NCBI GenBank assembly: GCA_020632075.1
Contig: JACKGH010000001.1
Location: 259,216 to 323,215 of the forward strand
Direction of reading: 5' to 3'
Length of the DNA: 64,000 nt
From: Candidatus Nomurabacteria bacterium
Lineage (GTDB): Bacteria > Patescibacteriota > Minisyncoccia > Phycocordibacterales > UBA918
Every line of letters starts with the position of its first letter. The first letter of the stretch is position 1. The position numbers and the translations under genes are program-made. The notes beneath the pieces were generated by a model. The model was not told where the DNA came from and did not search any database. It was given only the letters and a program-made list of their open reading frames with translations. Of this stretch, positions 31,289 through 41,353 are shown one piece after another.

Positions 31289-31840
31289 ATGCCTAAGAAA
31301 GAACTCGTCGATTATATTGAAGCAGAACTTGCAAAAGGAAATTCGGTCGAAGCAACTGCCAATAAGCTACTGCAAGTAGGATGGTCCGAACCAGACATCA
31401 CAGCTGCGTTCGACTACCTCTTTCCACATGCTACTGAGAGCACTGCCCCTGTTCCGCCACCAGCTCATATCCCGACCAGCCCGTCCGTATTCACACCACC
31501 GGCACAACCAATGGCGACAACTTCAAAGTTCACTACACTCGAATTTACTTTACTAACTTTCATAGTCACAATTAGCGTAGAGCTCATTACTTCTCTAGCC
31601 TTCCACTTTTTTGGGTACTATGTTCTTGGCTCAGTCGTTTTTCTTCCCGTCTTAGTACTTACAGGCATAGTCTACCTCTCCTATGGCGTCCTTAGCTTTG
31701 TACTGTTTAAACACGCGCACCAATCAGAAAACCGACGTACCGCAAAACTTTGTTACGTCGCAGCGATCTTACTGGCCGGAAAATCTCTCGTCCAAATATG
31801 GTCTCTGGTTTTGTCTACGCTAATGGGATTAGCCTATTGA
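31289..31840 (+). CDS. hypothetical membrane protein
   Basis: soluble N-terminal domain then 3-4 TM; TACAAT 9 nt before ATG. Confidence 0.5.
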   Translation: MPKKELVDYIEAELAKGNSVEATANKLLQVGWSEPDITAAFDYLFPHATESTAPVPPPAHIPTSPSVFTPPAQPMATTSKFTTLEFTLLTFIVTISVELITSLAFHFFGYYVLGSVVFLPVLVLTGIVYLSYGVLSFVLFKHAHQSENRRTAKLCYVAAILLAGKSLVQIWSLVLSTLMGLAY

Positions 31841-31904
31841 CATTGAATCAGACTATCGTACTGTATCGACCAGTAGTACGCAGACACACCACAGGAGGTG
31901 AAGA

Positions 31905-32294
31905 TTGAACATACTACTGTTTGAAGATGACTTTTCGTGGCAAAGGCTGCTGCAAATAGAGCTTGAAGAAGAAGGACACTCCGTGACAGTCTATGGAGAC
32001 GGCAGCGTCCTGCGCGACCCAAGTTTCAACATCGACAAGTTCGATGTGGTGATCACCGACATGGAAATGCCAGTCGATGATGGGAGCGTAGTCATTGAAC
32101 TCGTGACTACGAGAGATGCAGAGCTACCGATCCTGCTCCACAGTTTTCACTACGATGGGTTCTTCGGCGGGGAACTGTGGCAACTGGCCGACATCTCTGG
32201 CAAGTACCCCTCAGTGACCTACCATGAAAAGCAAGTCGGCAACACTGATTACATCTACGAATTCCTCGAGCAGGTCGAACAGATGTACGACTGA
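31905..32294 (+). CDS. stand-alone response-regulator receiver (REC)-like domain protein, divergent
   Basis: ILLFEDD, FDVVITDMEMPVDDG; TTG start 6 nt after AGGAGG. Confidence 0.5.
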   Translation: MNILLFEDDFSWQRLLQIELEEEGHSVTVYGDGSVLRDPSFNIDKFDVVITDMEMPVDDGSVVIELVTTRDAELPILLHSFHYDGFFGGELWQLADISGKYPSVTYHEKQVGNTDYIYEFLEQVEQMYD

Positions 32295-32297
32295 ACA

Positions 32298-32328
32298 GCG
32301 GCCGGGCGCAAGCGCCCGGCCTTTTTGA
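32298..32328 (+). terminator. rho-independent terminator
   Basis: gcggccgggcgc-aa-gcgcccggcc then TTTTT. Confidence 0.85.
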
Positions 32329-32340
32329 TTCTCAATAGTA

Positions 32341-32368
32341 TTGACAAAACACATTATTACAGTATATT
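32341..32368 (+). promoter_or_regulatory. sigma70-like promoter TTGACA-N16-TATATT
   Basis: near-consensus hexamers upstream of the 32426 gene. Confidence 0.55.
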
Positions 32369-32425
32369 TCTAAACAGGTTACAGGCATAAAGCCTGTTTT
32401 TTGTACCAAGACAAGGAGTAGACAA

Positions 32426-33328
32426 ATGACCAAACTCGTTGGACATCTTCTGGCTCGCTTCATTCAATTCGGCATCATTATCGTGGCTGCATTCATGGCA
32501 GTGGCAGTTTTTGATGCTGACATTATCTCGAGCATACGCACACTGCTGCCAAGCACTGTAATTGATACCACCTTCACTGCAAGGGCAATGATCTTCCCTT
32601 TTGTAATGATCATTGCTGTCATCATTTGGTGGTCCATTGAATACAACAGTCAAGCAGAGGAGAGAGTAACTCAGTCAGTGACTGAAAAAGATCTGAAAAG
32701 ACTCAATGAAGAATTCAACGAGTTCAGACACACCGCTTCCGCTAAGGAAGCAGCTCTGCAAACAACAGTAAAATCTCTTCGGAGTCAGTTGGAGGTTTCG
32801 GCTCTACCCAGAAACATGGAGGAGTTTGCTGCATATATCGCCGGCAGCGTGAGCGGACTCACGAGCGCTGTCGATTCGTTCGGCGACTTGATCCGCGAGA
32901 CCAGAGCCCGCGAAGCAACGCTCGCTGAAGGCCAAGAGGCATTCAACGAACGAGCTCGGGCGCTTCTCAAGGCCATAGGCGGCGATGAATCTGCCAGCAA
33001 GTCCTTCGACGACATGCCAGGAGTGCGCATGGAAGAAATGTCTGCGGAAATTTACGCAGACATCATGACTGCACTCAGGATGCTGAAGAAACCGTACGAG
33101 GCAAATGACCTCGACAGCATCCTCGACACCGCCTTCGAAACCGCCGAGTCTGCCCAAACGCTCTACAAGAACAAGAGCTTGCCGCTCGTTGTCTACATCA
33201 GCATCATCTGGGCCGTCGGGTACATCTTCGACGAGCACAAGGATGACGATGAAGATATCGACGACAACGGAAAAACGCTCTACATGAGCGCCGAAAAGAT
33301 CTTGCCGGCACTGTGTGCGATCAGATAA
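32426..33328 (+). CDS. hypothetical membrane protein
   Basis: AAGGAG RBS; N- and C-terminal TM segments flanking a helical soluble region. Confidence 0.55.
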   Translation: MTKLVGHLLARFIQFGIIIVAAFMAVAVFDADIISSIRTLLPSTVIDTTFTARAMIFPFVMIIAVIIWWSIEYNSQAEERVTQSVTEKDLKRLNEEFNEFRHTASAKEAALQTTVKSLRSQLEVSALPRNMEEFAAYIAGSVSGLTSAVDSFGDLIRETRAREATLAEGQEAFNERARALLKAIGGDESASKSFDDMPGVRMEEMSAEIYADIMTALRMLKKPYEANDLDSILDTAFETAESAQTLYKNKSLPLVVYISIIWAVGYIFDEHKDDDEDIDDNGKTLYMSAEKILPALCAIR

Positions 33329-33344
33329 CAAGTTCCTAAAGACA

Positions 33345-33376
33345 CCGCCGCGCCAATTTATTGGCGCGGCTTTTTG
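33345..33376 (+). terminator. rho-independent terminator
   Basis: ccgccgcgccaa-ttta-ttggcgcggc then TTTTTG. Confidence 0.85.
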
Positions 33377-33404
33377 TTGCCTGTGTCACAATCGCTCACA
33401 CGTC

Positions 33405-33433
33405 TTTACACGCAACTTTTTTCGATTTATAAT
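33405..33433 (+). promoter_or_regulatory. consensus sigma70 promoter TTTACA-N17-TATAAT (leaderless grpE)
   Basis: ATG 9 nt after -10. Confidence 0.6.
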
Positions 33434-33442
33434 GCGCGACGT

Positions 33443-34042
33443 ATGGTGCATGAAAACAATGAAGACACAGATATTGAGGTAGAAACCACCAACGAAGAAA
33501 CTGGATTTGAAGAAACTGAATTAGCAGAAGAAGAAGAGCAAGGTAAGGATAAGATCAAGAAATTGAAGACCAAAATTGCTCAATTAGAAGATGACAAAAA
33601 GCAGCTGCAAGACGACCTGCAGCGCGCCAAGGCGGAATTCCTCAACGTCCGCAAGCGACTCGAAGAAGAACGCACCCGCGACCGTGTCCGAGCCCGGATG
33701 CAGCACGTCGAGGAAATGCTCCCGCTCTGCGACAGCTTCCAAATGGCGATGAATGATAAAGCTGCCTGGGAGAAGGCTGACGAAGCGTGGCGTAAGGGTG
33801 TCGAAGGCATCCACATGCAACTCATGGGGATCCTCAGCGCCTACGGCGTCAAAGCAGTGGACCCAACCGGTGAGCACTTTGACCCAAACCGACACGAAGC
33901 CATCGGGACCGAAAAGGTTGACGATACGAAATTGCAAGATACGGTCGTTTCGGTCGTACAAAGAGGGTATGAGATGACACAAGACGGCAAGACAGAACTG
34001 ATCCGCCCAGCCCGTGTCACCACAGGAACATTAGATGATTAA
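33443..34042 (+). CDS. grpE: nucleotide exchange factor GrpE
   Basis: coiled-coil plus C-terminal GrpE domain. Confidence 0.85.
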   Translation: MVHENNEDTDIEVETTNEETGFEETELAEEEEQGKDKIKKLKTKIAQLEDDKKQLQDDLQRAKAEFLNVRKRLEEERTRDRVRARMQHVEEMLPLCDSFQMAMNDKAAWEKADEAWRKGVEGIHMQLMGILSAYGVKAVDPTGEHFDPNRHEAIGTEKVDDTKLQDTVVSVVQRGYEMTQDGKTELIRPARVTTGTLDD

Positions 34043-34068
34043 ATTGAAATTTAGGTAACAAAGTACAT

Positions 34069-35979
34069 ATGGCAAAGATTCTAGGAATTGACTTGGGAAC
34101 CACTAACTCAGCAATGGCTGTGATTGAAGCTGGTGAGCCAAGCATTGTTGAAAACAGCGAAGGAACACGCACGACACCATCGATCGTCGCGATCTCAAAG
34201 ACCAATGAACGTCTCGTTGGCCAGATCGCAAAGCGTCAAGCAGTGACCAACCCAACCAATACGATCTACGGTATCAAGCGTTTCATGGGCCACGACTACG
34301 AAGACGCAGCGGTGCAGAAGGACAAGGAAGTCGTCCCATACGAGATCAAAAAGGGAGCAGACGGTGGCGCAATTGTCGTGATGGATGGTAAGGACTACCG
34401 CCCAGAAGAAGTATCTGCGATGATCCTCACGAAGCTAAAGCAAGATGCTGAAGCCAAGCTCGGCGAGAAGATCACTGAGGCTGTTATCACGGTTCCAGCC
34501 TACTTCGACGACTCACAGCGTAAAGCAACGCAAGACGCGGGTAAGATCGCTGGTCTTGAAGTAAAGCGCATTATCAACGAACCAACCGCAGCCGCGCTCG
34601 CATACGGTTTTAATAAGAAGAAGGACGAGAAGATCGTTGTCTACGACTTCGGTGGTGGAACGTTCGACGTGACTGTGCTTGAAGTAGGTGACGACGTGGT
34701 AGAAGTACAGTCTACCGACGGTGACGCCCACATGGGTGGTCGCGACATCGATCAGTCGATCGTGCGTTTCCTTATCGATGAATTCAAGAAGACTAACGGC
34801 GTTGACCTTGGTAAGGACAAGCTTGCACTCCAGCGTCTCGATGAAGCTGCAGAAAAGGCCAAGCTCGAACTTTCATCAACCACCGAAACTGACATCAACA
34901 TTCCATTCATTTCACAAGGTTCAGACGGACCACTTCACATGGATGTGAAACTTACCCGTGCGAAGCTCGAAGAACTGGCTGGCTCATACATCGAGAAATC
35001 AATCGAGATCACTAAGCGCGCACTCGAAGCATCAAGCTTCAGTAAGGAAGAGATCAACGAGATCATTCTCGTTGGTGGACAGACTCGTATGCCAGCGATT
35101 CAGAAGGCCGTACAGGAACTCTTCGGCAAGGAACCAAACCGCACCATCAACCCAGACGAAGTGGTAGCGCTCGGTGCAGCAATCCAGGCAGGTATCTTCC
35201 AGGGTGACGTACAGGACATTACCCTCGTCGACGTGATCCCACTGTCACTATCAATCGAAACGATGGGCGGCGTCGCAACCAAGCTGATCGAGAAGAACAC
35301 CCACATCCCAACCAAGAAGTCACAAGTGTTCTCAACCGCAGCTGACAACCAAACCTCAACTGAGATCCACATCACCCAAGGTGAACGACCAATGTCCGCT
35401 GACAACAAATCGCTTGGTAAGTTTGTACTCGATGGTATTCCACCAGCACCACGCGGTGTCCCACAAGTGGAAGTAACCTTCGATGTCGATAGTAACGGCG
35501 TACTTAATGTAACCGCAAAAGACAAGTCTACCGGCAAAGAACAATCAATCCGCATTGAAGCGACTTCAGGACTCTCAGAAGACGACATCGAACGTATGAA
35601 GAAGGAAGCGGAAGATCATGCTGGAGAAGACGCCAAGAAGAAGGAACTCATCGATGTGCGCAATAACGCTGAACAAATGATCTACACCGCTGAAAAGGCG
35701 ATGAAGGATCATGAAAAAGACATTCCAGAAGATGTAAAAACTGAGATCAGCGACAAGATCAAAGCTGTCCAGGAAGTAAAGGAAAAGGATGACAAAGATG
35801 CGATCAATACTGCAACTGAAGCCCTCTCGACTTCACTCCAGAAGATCGGCGAAGTGATGCAGAAGGCCGCTGAAGAAGCACAAAAGAACAGTGCTGAAGG
35901 CGGGGAAGAAAAGAAGTCAGATGACGAACCAATCGTACATGACGCAGAAGAAGTGAAGGACGACGAAAAGAAGGACTAG
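34069..35979 (+). CDS. dnaK: chaperone DnaK (Hsp70)
   Basis: [18 protein letters not shown] and other Hsp70 signatures. Confidence 0.95.
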   Translation: MAKILGIDLGTTNSAMAVIEAGEPSIVENSEGTRTTPSIVAISKTNERLVGQIAKRQAVTNPTNTIYGIKRFMGHDYEDAAVQKDKEVVPYEIKKGADGGAIVVMDGKDYRPEEVSAMILTKLKQDAEAKLGEKITEAVITVPAYFDDSQRKATQDAGKIAGLEVKRIINEPTAAALAYGFNKKKDEKIVVYDFGGGTFDVTVLEVGDDVVEVQSTDGDAHMGGRDIDQSIVRFLIDEFKKTNGVDLGKDKLALQRLDEAAEKAKLELSSTTETDINIPFISQGSDGPLHMDVKLTRAKLEELAGSYIEKSIEITKRALEASSFSKEEINEIILVGGQTRMPAIQKAVQELFGKEPNRTINPDEVVALGAAIQAGIFQGDVQDITLVDVIPLSLSIETMGGVATKLIEKNTHIPTKKSQVFSTAADNQTSTEIHITQGERPMSADNKSLGKFVLDGIPPAPRGVPQVEVTFDVDSNGVLNVTAKDKSTGKEQSIRIEATSGLSEDDIERMKKEAEDHAGEDAKKKELIDVRNNAEQMIYTAEKAMKDHEKDIPEDVKTEISDKIKAVQEVKEKDDKDAINTATEALSTSLQKIGEVMQKAAEEAQKNSAEGGEEKKSDDEPIVHDAEEVKDDEKKD

Positions 35980-36169
35980 TGAGTTTTTAGTGGCGGGGAC
36001 GCTTCGCGTCCCCGCCACCCTAAAGCTCGTTTGCAACACCACAGACAAGCATCTTGCGTCGATACTCAGCGAGTAGCGACTATGCGCGGGAGGGTTTGGC
36101 TGGGGCGCGCAAGGAGCGTGCGAGTCGAGTATCGACCAAGATAATTGTCCGCCATACAAATCACACACC

Positions 36170-37237
36170 ATGAAAGATTACTACCAAATTCTAGGCCTCC
36201 AGAAAGGCGCCTCAAAGGACGAAGTAAAAAAAGCTTTTCGTAAGCTCGCTTCACAGTACCACCCAGACAAAAAGACCGGTGACGAAGAGAAGTACAAAGA
36301 GATCACCGAAGCCTACGCGGTTCTTGGTGACGAAAAGAAAAAGGCCGAGTACGACACATACGGTCAGTCATTCAACGGCGCTGGTGGTGGCAATCCATTT
36401 GGCGGCGCTGGGTTCGACTTTTCACAGTTCCAGCAAGGATTTGGCGGGCAGGGGGTTGAATTCGATATCAATGACCTCTTCTCAAGCTTTGGCTTCGGTG
36501 GCGGTCGGAGTACTCGCCAGCGCGGACGTGATGTCTCAATTGATATCAACCTCACCTTTGAAGAATCAGTCTTCGGTGTGACCCGCAAGGTCCTCATCAC
36601 CAAGAACAACACTTGTACGCACTGCGATGGTTCAGGTGCCAAGAAGGGAAGTGGCACAGAGACCTGTAGCACGTGTGGTGGACAGGGTAAGATCCACGAG
36701 AATCGCCAGAGTATCATGGGTGCTTTTACGACTGTTCGAGAATGTTCAACCTGTCATGGTACTGGTCAGATTCCAAAAGAACGTTGTCCGCATTGTGCTG
36801 GCGCAGGAGTCGCGCGCACTGAGGAAGAGATCTCGATCAAGGTCCCAGCTGGTATTCAAAATGGCGAAGTCATCCGCATGACTGGCCGCGGCGAAGCAAT
36901 GCCGCACGGCGAGCCCGGCGACCTATACATAAAGGTACACGTCGAACAACATGCGACCATCAAGCGTGATGGCAGCACGCTCACCACCAAGCTTCCAATC
37001 AAACTCACTGACGCACTCCTTGGTGCAACCTACACCGTACAAACCCTCGACGGAACCGTTGATATCAAGATCCCAGCCGGCGTCACCCACGGCGAACTCA
37101 TCCGTATCAAAGACAAGGGTGTACCGCTCGATCGTGGACGTGGCGACTTCATGGTCAAGATCTCAGTCGAAACACCAAAAAAGCTCTCGCGCAAAGCACG
37201 AAAGCTAGTAGAGGAATTGAAAGAAGAGGGTATCTAA
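36170..37237 (+). CDS. dnaJ: chaperone DnaJ
   Basis: J-domain HPD, G/F region, 4x CxxCxGxG. Confidence 0.9.
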   Translation: MKDYYQILGLQKGASKDEVKKAFRKLASQYHPDKKTGDEEKYKEITEAYAVLGDEKKKAEYDTYGQSFNGAGGGNPFGGAGFDFSQFQQGFGGQGVEFDINDLFSSFGFGGGRSTRQRGRDVSIDINLTFEESVFGVTRKVLITKNNTCTHCDGSGAKKGSGTETCSTCGGQGKIHENRQSIMGAFTTVRECSTCHGTGQIPKERCPHCAGAGVARTEEEISIKVPAGIQNGEVIRMTGRGEAMPHGEPGDLYIKVHVEQHATIKRDGSTLTTKLPIKLTDALLGATYTVQTLDGTVDIKIPAGVTHGELIRIKDKGVPLDRGRGDFMVKISVETPKKLSRKARKLVEELKEEGI

Positions 37238-37294
37238 TTGCATATTTAAAATACTTTCTTTAAGATACTTCTAGTCACGTACTGGGAGTATTTT

Positions 37295-37549
37295 ATGAAG
37301 ACTTGGGAAGAAACCTTTCCGGTATCGCCGGAAGATTACGAGAACTATCCACTCACCAGAGATCAAGAAAACGAAATTGCCAGCACTGGCTTTGAACTCA
37401 GTGCCAAACAGCGCAGCGAAACGGCAGCTCGGCAACAGCGTGCGTTTGTGTACAAAAACAAACTGCTTGCAAACACGGGCATGACTGATTCTGAAGCAAC
37501 TGAACACACCATCGGACTCATGAGGGAGTATTACAAGCAGCGGAGTTAA
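37295..37549 (+). CDS. hypothetical small protein
   Basis: GGGAG RBS; strong terminator follows. Confidence 0.45.
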   Translation: MKTWEETFPVSPEDYENYPLTRDQENEIASTGFELSAKQRSETAARQQRAFVYKNKLLANTGMTDSEATEHTIGLMREYYKQRS

Positions 37550-37552
37550 TTT

Positions 37553-37586
37553 CGGCCCGCGAGACATTCGTCTCGCGGGCCGTTTT
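37553..37586 (+). terminator. rho-independent terminator
   Basis: cggcccgcgagac-attc-gtctcgcgggccg then TTTTCC. Confidence 0.75.
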
Positions 37587-37602
37587 CCATTTACATTGAA
37601 CC

Positions 37603-37842
37603 TTACTTGCCTTGCGCAACCACCGGCCAGACTACCGGCTGTGCATTCGCCTGACGATCGTAGAGCTGCAAGATCTCGCTACTGTTTGAGAGAATGGTTG
37701 TAATGACCGCTGCAAGCAAGACGGCCAAACCACCAGCGACAAGATTTTTATCAGTACACGCACTGCACGCAAATCGAATCGCTTGCACGGCCAACAGAGT
37801 CACTGAGACACCGATCATGAAGGAACCGAATTCAATATCCAT
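37603..37842 (-). CDS. hypothetical small membrane protein
   Basis: two hydrophobic segments; start uncertain (GTG at 37851 or ATG at 37842). Confidence 0.35.
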   Translation of the reverse strand: MDIEFGSFMIGVSVTLLAVQAIRFACSACTDKNLVAGGLAVLLAAVITTILSNSSEILQLYDRQANAQPVVWPVVAQGK

Positions 37843-37973
37843 CTGTCGCACCCTCTATAATTTGTTGAACGACTCTACAACTCACAGTATGCTAGGAGCT
37901 AATACCCGTCAACATGGATCTGCACACCAATCGACTCGACTTCGGCGATAGCCGCACTCCACACTCTAGTTTT

Positions 37974-38330
37974 ATGCTCTTTGAAAATATCATAGAGGAC
38001 CGAGGCAGTCGCTACTCTGTAAGTATGGGCAGGGTGACAAACCGCGAAGACATCGAAAACTTCTTAAAACAACTCAAAAGTAAAAAGAAATACGCCAAGG
38101 CCACCCACAACAGTTGGGCCGCGCGCATCAGTCATGAAGGCGCAATCTACGAGACCAAGAAGGACGATGGGGAAGTAGGTGCCGGAATGGTCATACTGCG
38201 CATCATGCAAAAAGAGAATGTGACTGATTGCATCATTTGTGTCACGAGATGGTTTGGTGGCATAAAACTCATGAACGACCGCTTCAAACACCTCCAAGAC
38301 GCCACCAAATACGCCATTGACCAACTGTGA
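37974..38330 (+). CDS. IMPACT/YigZ-family N-terminal domain protein (UPF0029)
   Basis: RGSRYS...ATHNSWA...DDGEVGAG...VTRWFGGIKL; upstream ATG at 37914 also possible. Confidence 0.6.
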   Translation: MLFENIIEDRGSRYSVSMGRVTNREDIENFLKQLKSKKKYAKATHNSWAARISHEGAIYETKKDDGEVGAGMVILRIMQKENVTDCIICVTRWFGGIKLMNDRFKHLQDATKYAIDQL

Positions 38331-38373
38331 ATAAGTTGTGTTATGAAGCATTGTCGAACCTATAATTAGAAAT

Positions 38374-38859
38374 ATGGATTGGGGACACATACTCAACTTT
38401 ATCTATGAGTTTGCTTACTTTATTGGTGTGTTTGCATTGTTTATTGTCTTTGCCGTCTTCAAGGGAAGACAAGCGACAATCAATGTGATTTTTGGACTTT
38501 ATCTCGCACTTTTGATCACGCTCGAGTTCCCGAACTACGATGCTATTTTCAAAAATATCGAGGGCGGTGCGCAAACTGCTATCGCACATTTGGTGCTCTT
38601 TGCGATCATTACCTTTATGACCACCGCACTTTGCTGGCGAGTCATGCCGGATGAATTCAGGGAAGAACGCTTCGAAAGCATGGGGAAGAAATTACTTCTC
38701 GCATTAAGTGCCACGATGCTGGTTATGATCTTTAGCTTCCACGTACTGCCAGTGACCGAATTCCTCACTCCTGGCACACCACTTCAGTCACTCTTTGGTC
38801 CGGAGCAATATTTCTTCTGGTGGCTACTAGTCCCACTGGTCATTCTCTACATAGTCTGA
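38374..38859 (+). CDS. hypothetical membrane protein (about 5 TM)
   Basis: TATAAT 7 nt before ATG. Confidence 0.55.
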   Translation: MDWGHILNFIYEFAYFIGVFALFIVFAVFKGRQATINVIFGLYLALLITLEFPNYDAIFKNIEGGAQTAIAHLVLFAIITFMTTALCWRVMPDEFREERFESMGKKLLLALSATMLVMIFSFHVLPVTEFLTPGTPLQSLFGPEQYFFWWLLVPLVILYIV

Positions 38860-38871
38860 GCAAGCAAAAGA

Positions 38872-38899
38872 AAAAGCGCGACCGGTGGTCGCGCTTTGC
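38872..38899. terminator. bidirectional terminator
   Basis: aaaagcgcgacc-ggt-ggtcgcgctttg between convergent genes. Confidence 0.7.
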
Positions 38900-38918
38900 T
38901 ATTCGTAAAAGGTTTTTC

Positions 38919-39446
38919 TCAATCCAAACCCCACGATTCGCGAGCAGTCATGAGCTCGTCGATCTTTTCCTGGACGTCGTCCGGGTCCACATCGAGTCTC
39001 CGAGTGAGATCCCGCTCCTTCTCCATAGCGTCCTGATGGAACGCATAGTAGGGACAGTCGGGATCATCACCGGCTTCCGAGGTGTCTCCCGGGGCACGCT
39101 TGGCTTCGTACGCGAGGTCAAACTCGTCGACTTCGCGGAACGTAATTCCAGCGTGCCAAGCCTGCGGAACCTCGGTCTTTTCGTGATACTTAATGACGTA
39201 GTTGTAACGCCAGTCTCCCAGATCGGAGACCAGGATCACGAGCGTACCAAACATGGTGTAGTAGTAGTCACCAACGGTATTATACCGTTGCCACCAATGT
39301 TTGATCTCTTTTTCAACCGTCTTCCGCGGCTTATACTGACCAACGTAGCGCTGGTCCCAGTACGCGGTCCAGTACGCGGTCCACGGCCGTTTGACCATGA
39401 GCCACAACCGGACAACCAAGAGCAAACTTTTGCTAGGAACTTGCAT
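38919..39446 (-). CDS. hypothetical W/Y-rich protein
   Basis: GGGAGGTG RBS 6 nt before ATG; overlapping + strand ORF 38820..39590 looks antisense. Confidence 0.55.
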   Translation of the reverse strand: MQVPSKSLLLVVRLWLMVKRPWTAYWTAYWDQRYVGQYKPRKTVEKEIKHWWQRYNTVGDYYYTMFGTLVILVSDLGDWRYNYVIKYHEKTEVPQAWHAGITFREVDEFDLAYEAKRAPGDTSEAGDDPDCPYYAFHQDAMEKERDLTRRLDVDPDDVQEKIDELMTARESWGLD

Positions 39447-39582
39447 TCGACACCTCCCGATGTCTTAAGTAACTTATGTTTACATTATAGCATATTTCTG
39501 CAAAAAATCAATATTTTAGGCCAAAATCCACACCTACCCTTGAAAAAGTTGCATTTTTGTGTTACTGTTTTAATACAACATT

Positions 39583-39993
39583 ATGATTAACGTAGAAGCT
39601 GAAGGAATACAATTCGGCATCCATTTCATCCTGGATGGATACGGTGCCGCTAAAGAAACACTCACGAGCAGCAGTGACCTCCAAGACCTGCTTGAGCGCT
39701 TGCCAGCAGAGGTTGGCATGCACACTATTCACGACCCGGTCGTGGTAGAAGTCGGTCCAAACAACAAGAAAGACCCAGGAGGGATCAGTGGTTTTGTAAT
39801 GGTGGCAGAAAGCCATATTGCGATCCACACATTCCCAAATAGGGGCTTTGTTTCTATCGATGTCTACACCTGCAATGACACGCTACCAACTGATATCTTG
39901 CAGCAGCGTTTTACTGAACACTTCAAACTACAAAATGCTGACGTGCAAGTGATCGCACGAGGCACCAAGTATCCTGAACACGATATCTACTAA
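39583..39993 (+). CDS. speH: S-adenosylmethionine decarboxylase proenzyme, bacterial small form
   Basis: VAESHIAIHTFPN...VDVYTC; Ser of ESH is the pyruvoyl precursor. Confidence 0.8.
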   Translation: MINVEAEGIQFGIHFILDGYGAAKETLTSSSDLQDLLERLPAEVGMHTIHDPVVVEVGPNNKKDPGGISGFVMVAESHIAIHTFPNRGFVSIDVYTCNDTLPTDILQQRFTEHFKLQNADVQVIARGTKYPEHDIY

Positions 39994-40006
39994 ATTCTGA
40001 ATCACC

Positions 40007-41323
40007 ATGAAAGTCTTATTTATTTCCGGAGAACTGATCGGCTCAGCAGTCGTACACCAACTTATCAAGGAAGGGCACGACGTAAAGTTATATATCGACC
40101 ACGAAGATCGCCAAGACTGTTTCGACGGGATCGTTGAGCGTGTTGAATCCTGGGAAGACGAACTCGACTGGGTTGGGAAAGATGGCCTGATCGTGTTCGA
40201 TGATGTTACGTTTGCAGGTGAACAAGACCGTTTGCGTGAAGCTGGCTACAGTGTATTTGGCGGGGATTCGAAGAGCGATAAGCTTGAGATCGACCGTCTT
40301 CATTTTCATGACGTACTCGAAGCGCACGGCATTAAGACTTTGCGCGCCTATAATTTTGAAACAGCCGATGAAGCAGAACGGTTCATCCGTGAACAAAATG
40401 GTTCGAAGAAGTGGGTACTTAAGCAAAGCAGTCATATCGGTATGTTGAACTATGTCGGGCAGCGCCAAGATGGCCAAGATGTTTTTGACATGCTTAAGAT
40501 CTACCGCGAGAAGAACATCTCTCCCGTACATATCCAGCAGCGTGCAGAAGGGATCGAGATCGGTGTTGGCCGCTATTTCAACGGTAACGACTGGGTTGGC
40601 CCGATCGAGGTCAATCTCGAACATAAGCCGCTCTGTAATGGCGACATCGGCCCGCTCACTGCCGAAATGGGGACCGTCATTTGGTATGAGAACGACGAGA
40701 CATTGCCTCTGTACCAAGAAACACTCGCAAAACTCAAGCCATACCTTCAAGAAATAAACTACAAGGGTGACATCGACATCGACTGTATCGTCAATGCCGA
40801 GGGTGTCTGGCCGCTTGAGGCGACCATGCGCTTTGGTACTCCTTCGACTGAGCTCCAGTGTGAACTCCACGAATCACCATGGGGAGATTTCATGAAAGCG
40901 ATCGCTGACGGCCAACCATACGATCTACAGTACAAGACTGACTACGGCATCGTGGTGTCGGTTGTCATTCCACCATTTCCGTTTGCGCCAGAGATCTTTG
41001 GCGACTCAAATATTGAGACATGTCAGGGTGTCTCTGTATTCTTCAAAGACAACTTCAGCAAAGAAGATATGGAACACGTTCACTTTGAGGAGGTCTCACG
41101 CACCGTCAGTGACGACGGTCAAGAGCGCTACTATCTATCTGGGAAACACGGCTATGCACTCTACGCGACTGGCCACGGAGAGACTGTCGAAGAAGCACAG
41201 CAAAAAGCGTACGACATCATCAAGAAAATTATCATCCCCGAGATGTTTTACCGCACTGACATTGGCGACAAGTTTGTTCGCGAAGATCGGCAGCAGCTCA
41301 AAGACTGGGGATGGATCAAATAG
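40007..41323 (+). CDS. PurD-like ATP-grasp ligase, divergent (lacks GNGGREHA N-motif)
   Basis: C-terminal ...GYALYATGHGETVEEAQQKAYDIIKKI...RTDIG resembles the PurD C-domain; ATP-grasp central region. Confidence 0.6.
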   Translation: MKVLFISGELIGSAVVHQLIKEGHDVKLYIDHEDRQDCFDGIVERVESWEDELDWVGKDGLIVFDDVTFAGEQDRLREAGYSVFGGDSKSDKLEIDRLHFHDVLEAHGIKTLRAYNFETADEAERFIREQNGSKKWVLKQSSHIGMLNYVGQRQDGQDVFDMLKIYREKNISPVHIQQRAEGIEIGVGRYFNGNDWVGPIEVNLEHKPLCNGDIGPLTAEMGTVIWYENDETLPLYQETLAKLKPYLQEINYKGDIDIDCIVNAEGVWPLEATMRFGTPSTELQCELHESPWGDFMKAIADGQPYDLQYKTDYGIVVSVVIPPFPFAPEIFGDSNIETCQGVSVFFKDNFSKEDMEHVHFEEVSRTVSDDGQERYYLSGKHGYALYATGHGETVEEAQQKAYDIIKKIIIPEMFYRTDIGDKFVREDRQQLKDWGWIK

Positions 41324-41353
41324 CCACTATCTTCTAACTGCTACACTTACAAC

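Noticed and set aside
33374-33442. Upstream in-frame extension of grpE from the ORF track
   Set aside because: Would start inside the upstream terminator and before the consensus promoter; the ATG at 33443 fits the leaderless pattern
38820-39590. 256-aa + strand ORF overlapping the minus-strand gene 38919..39446
   Set aside because: P/R-rich, low-complexity translation typical of antisense; the minus-strand ORF has a strong RBS, a promoter region and a shared bidirectional terminator
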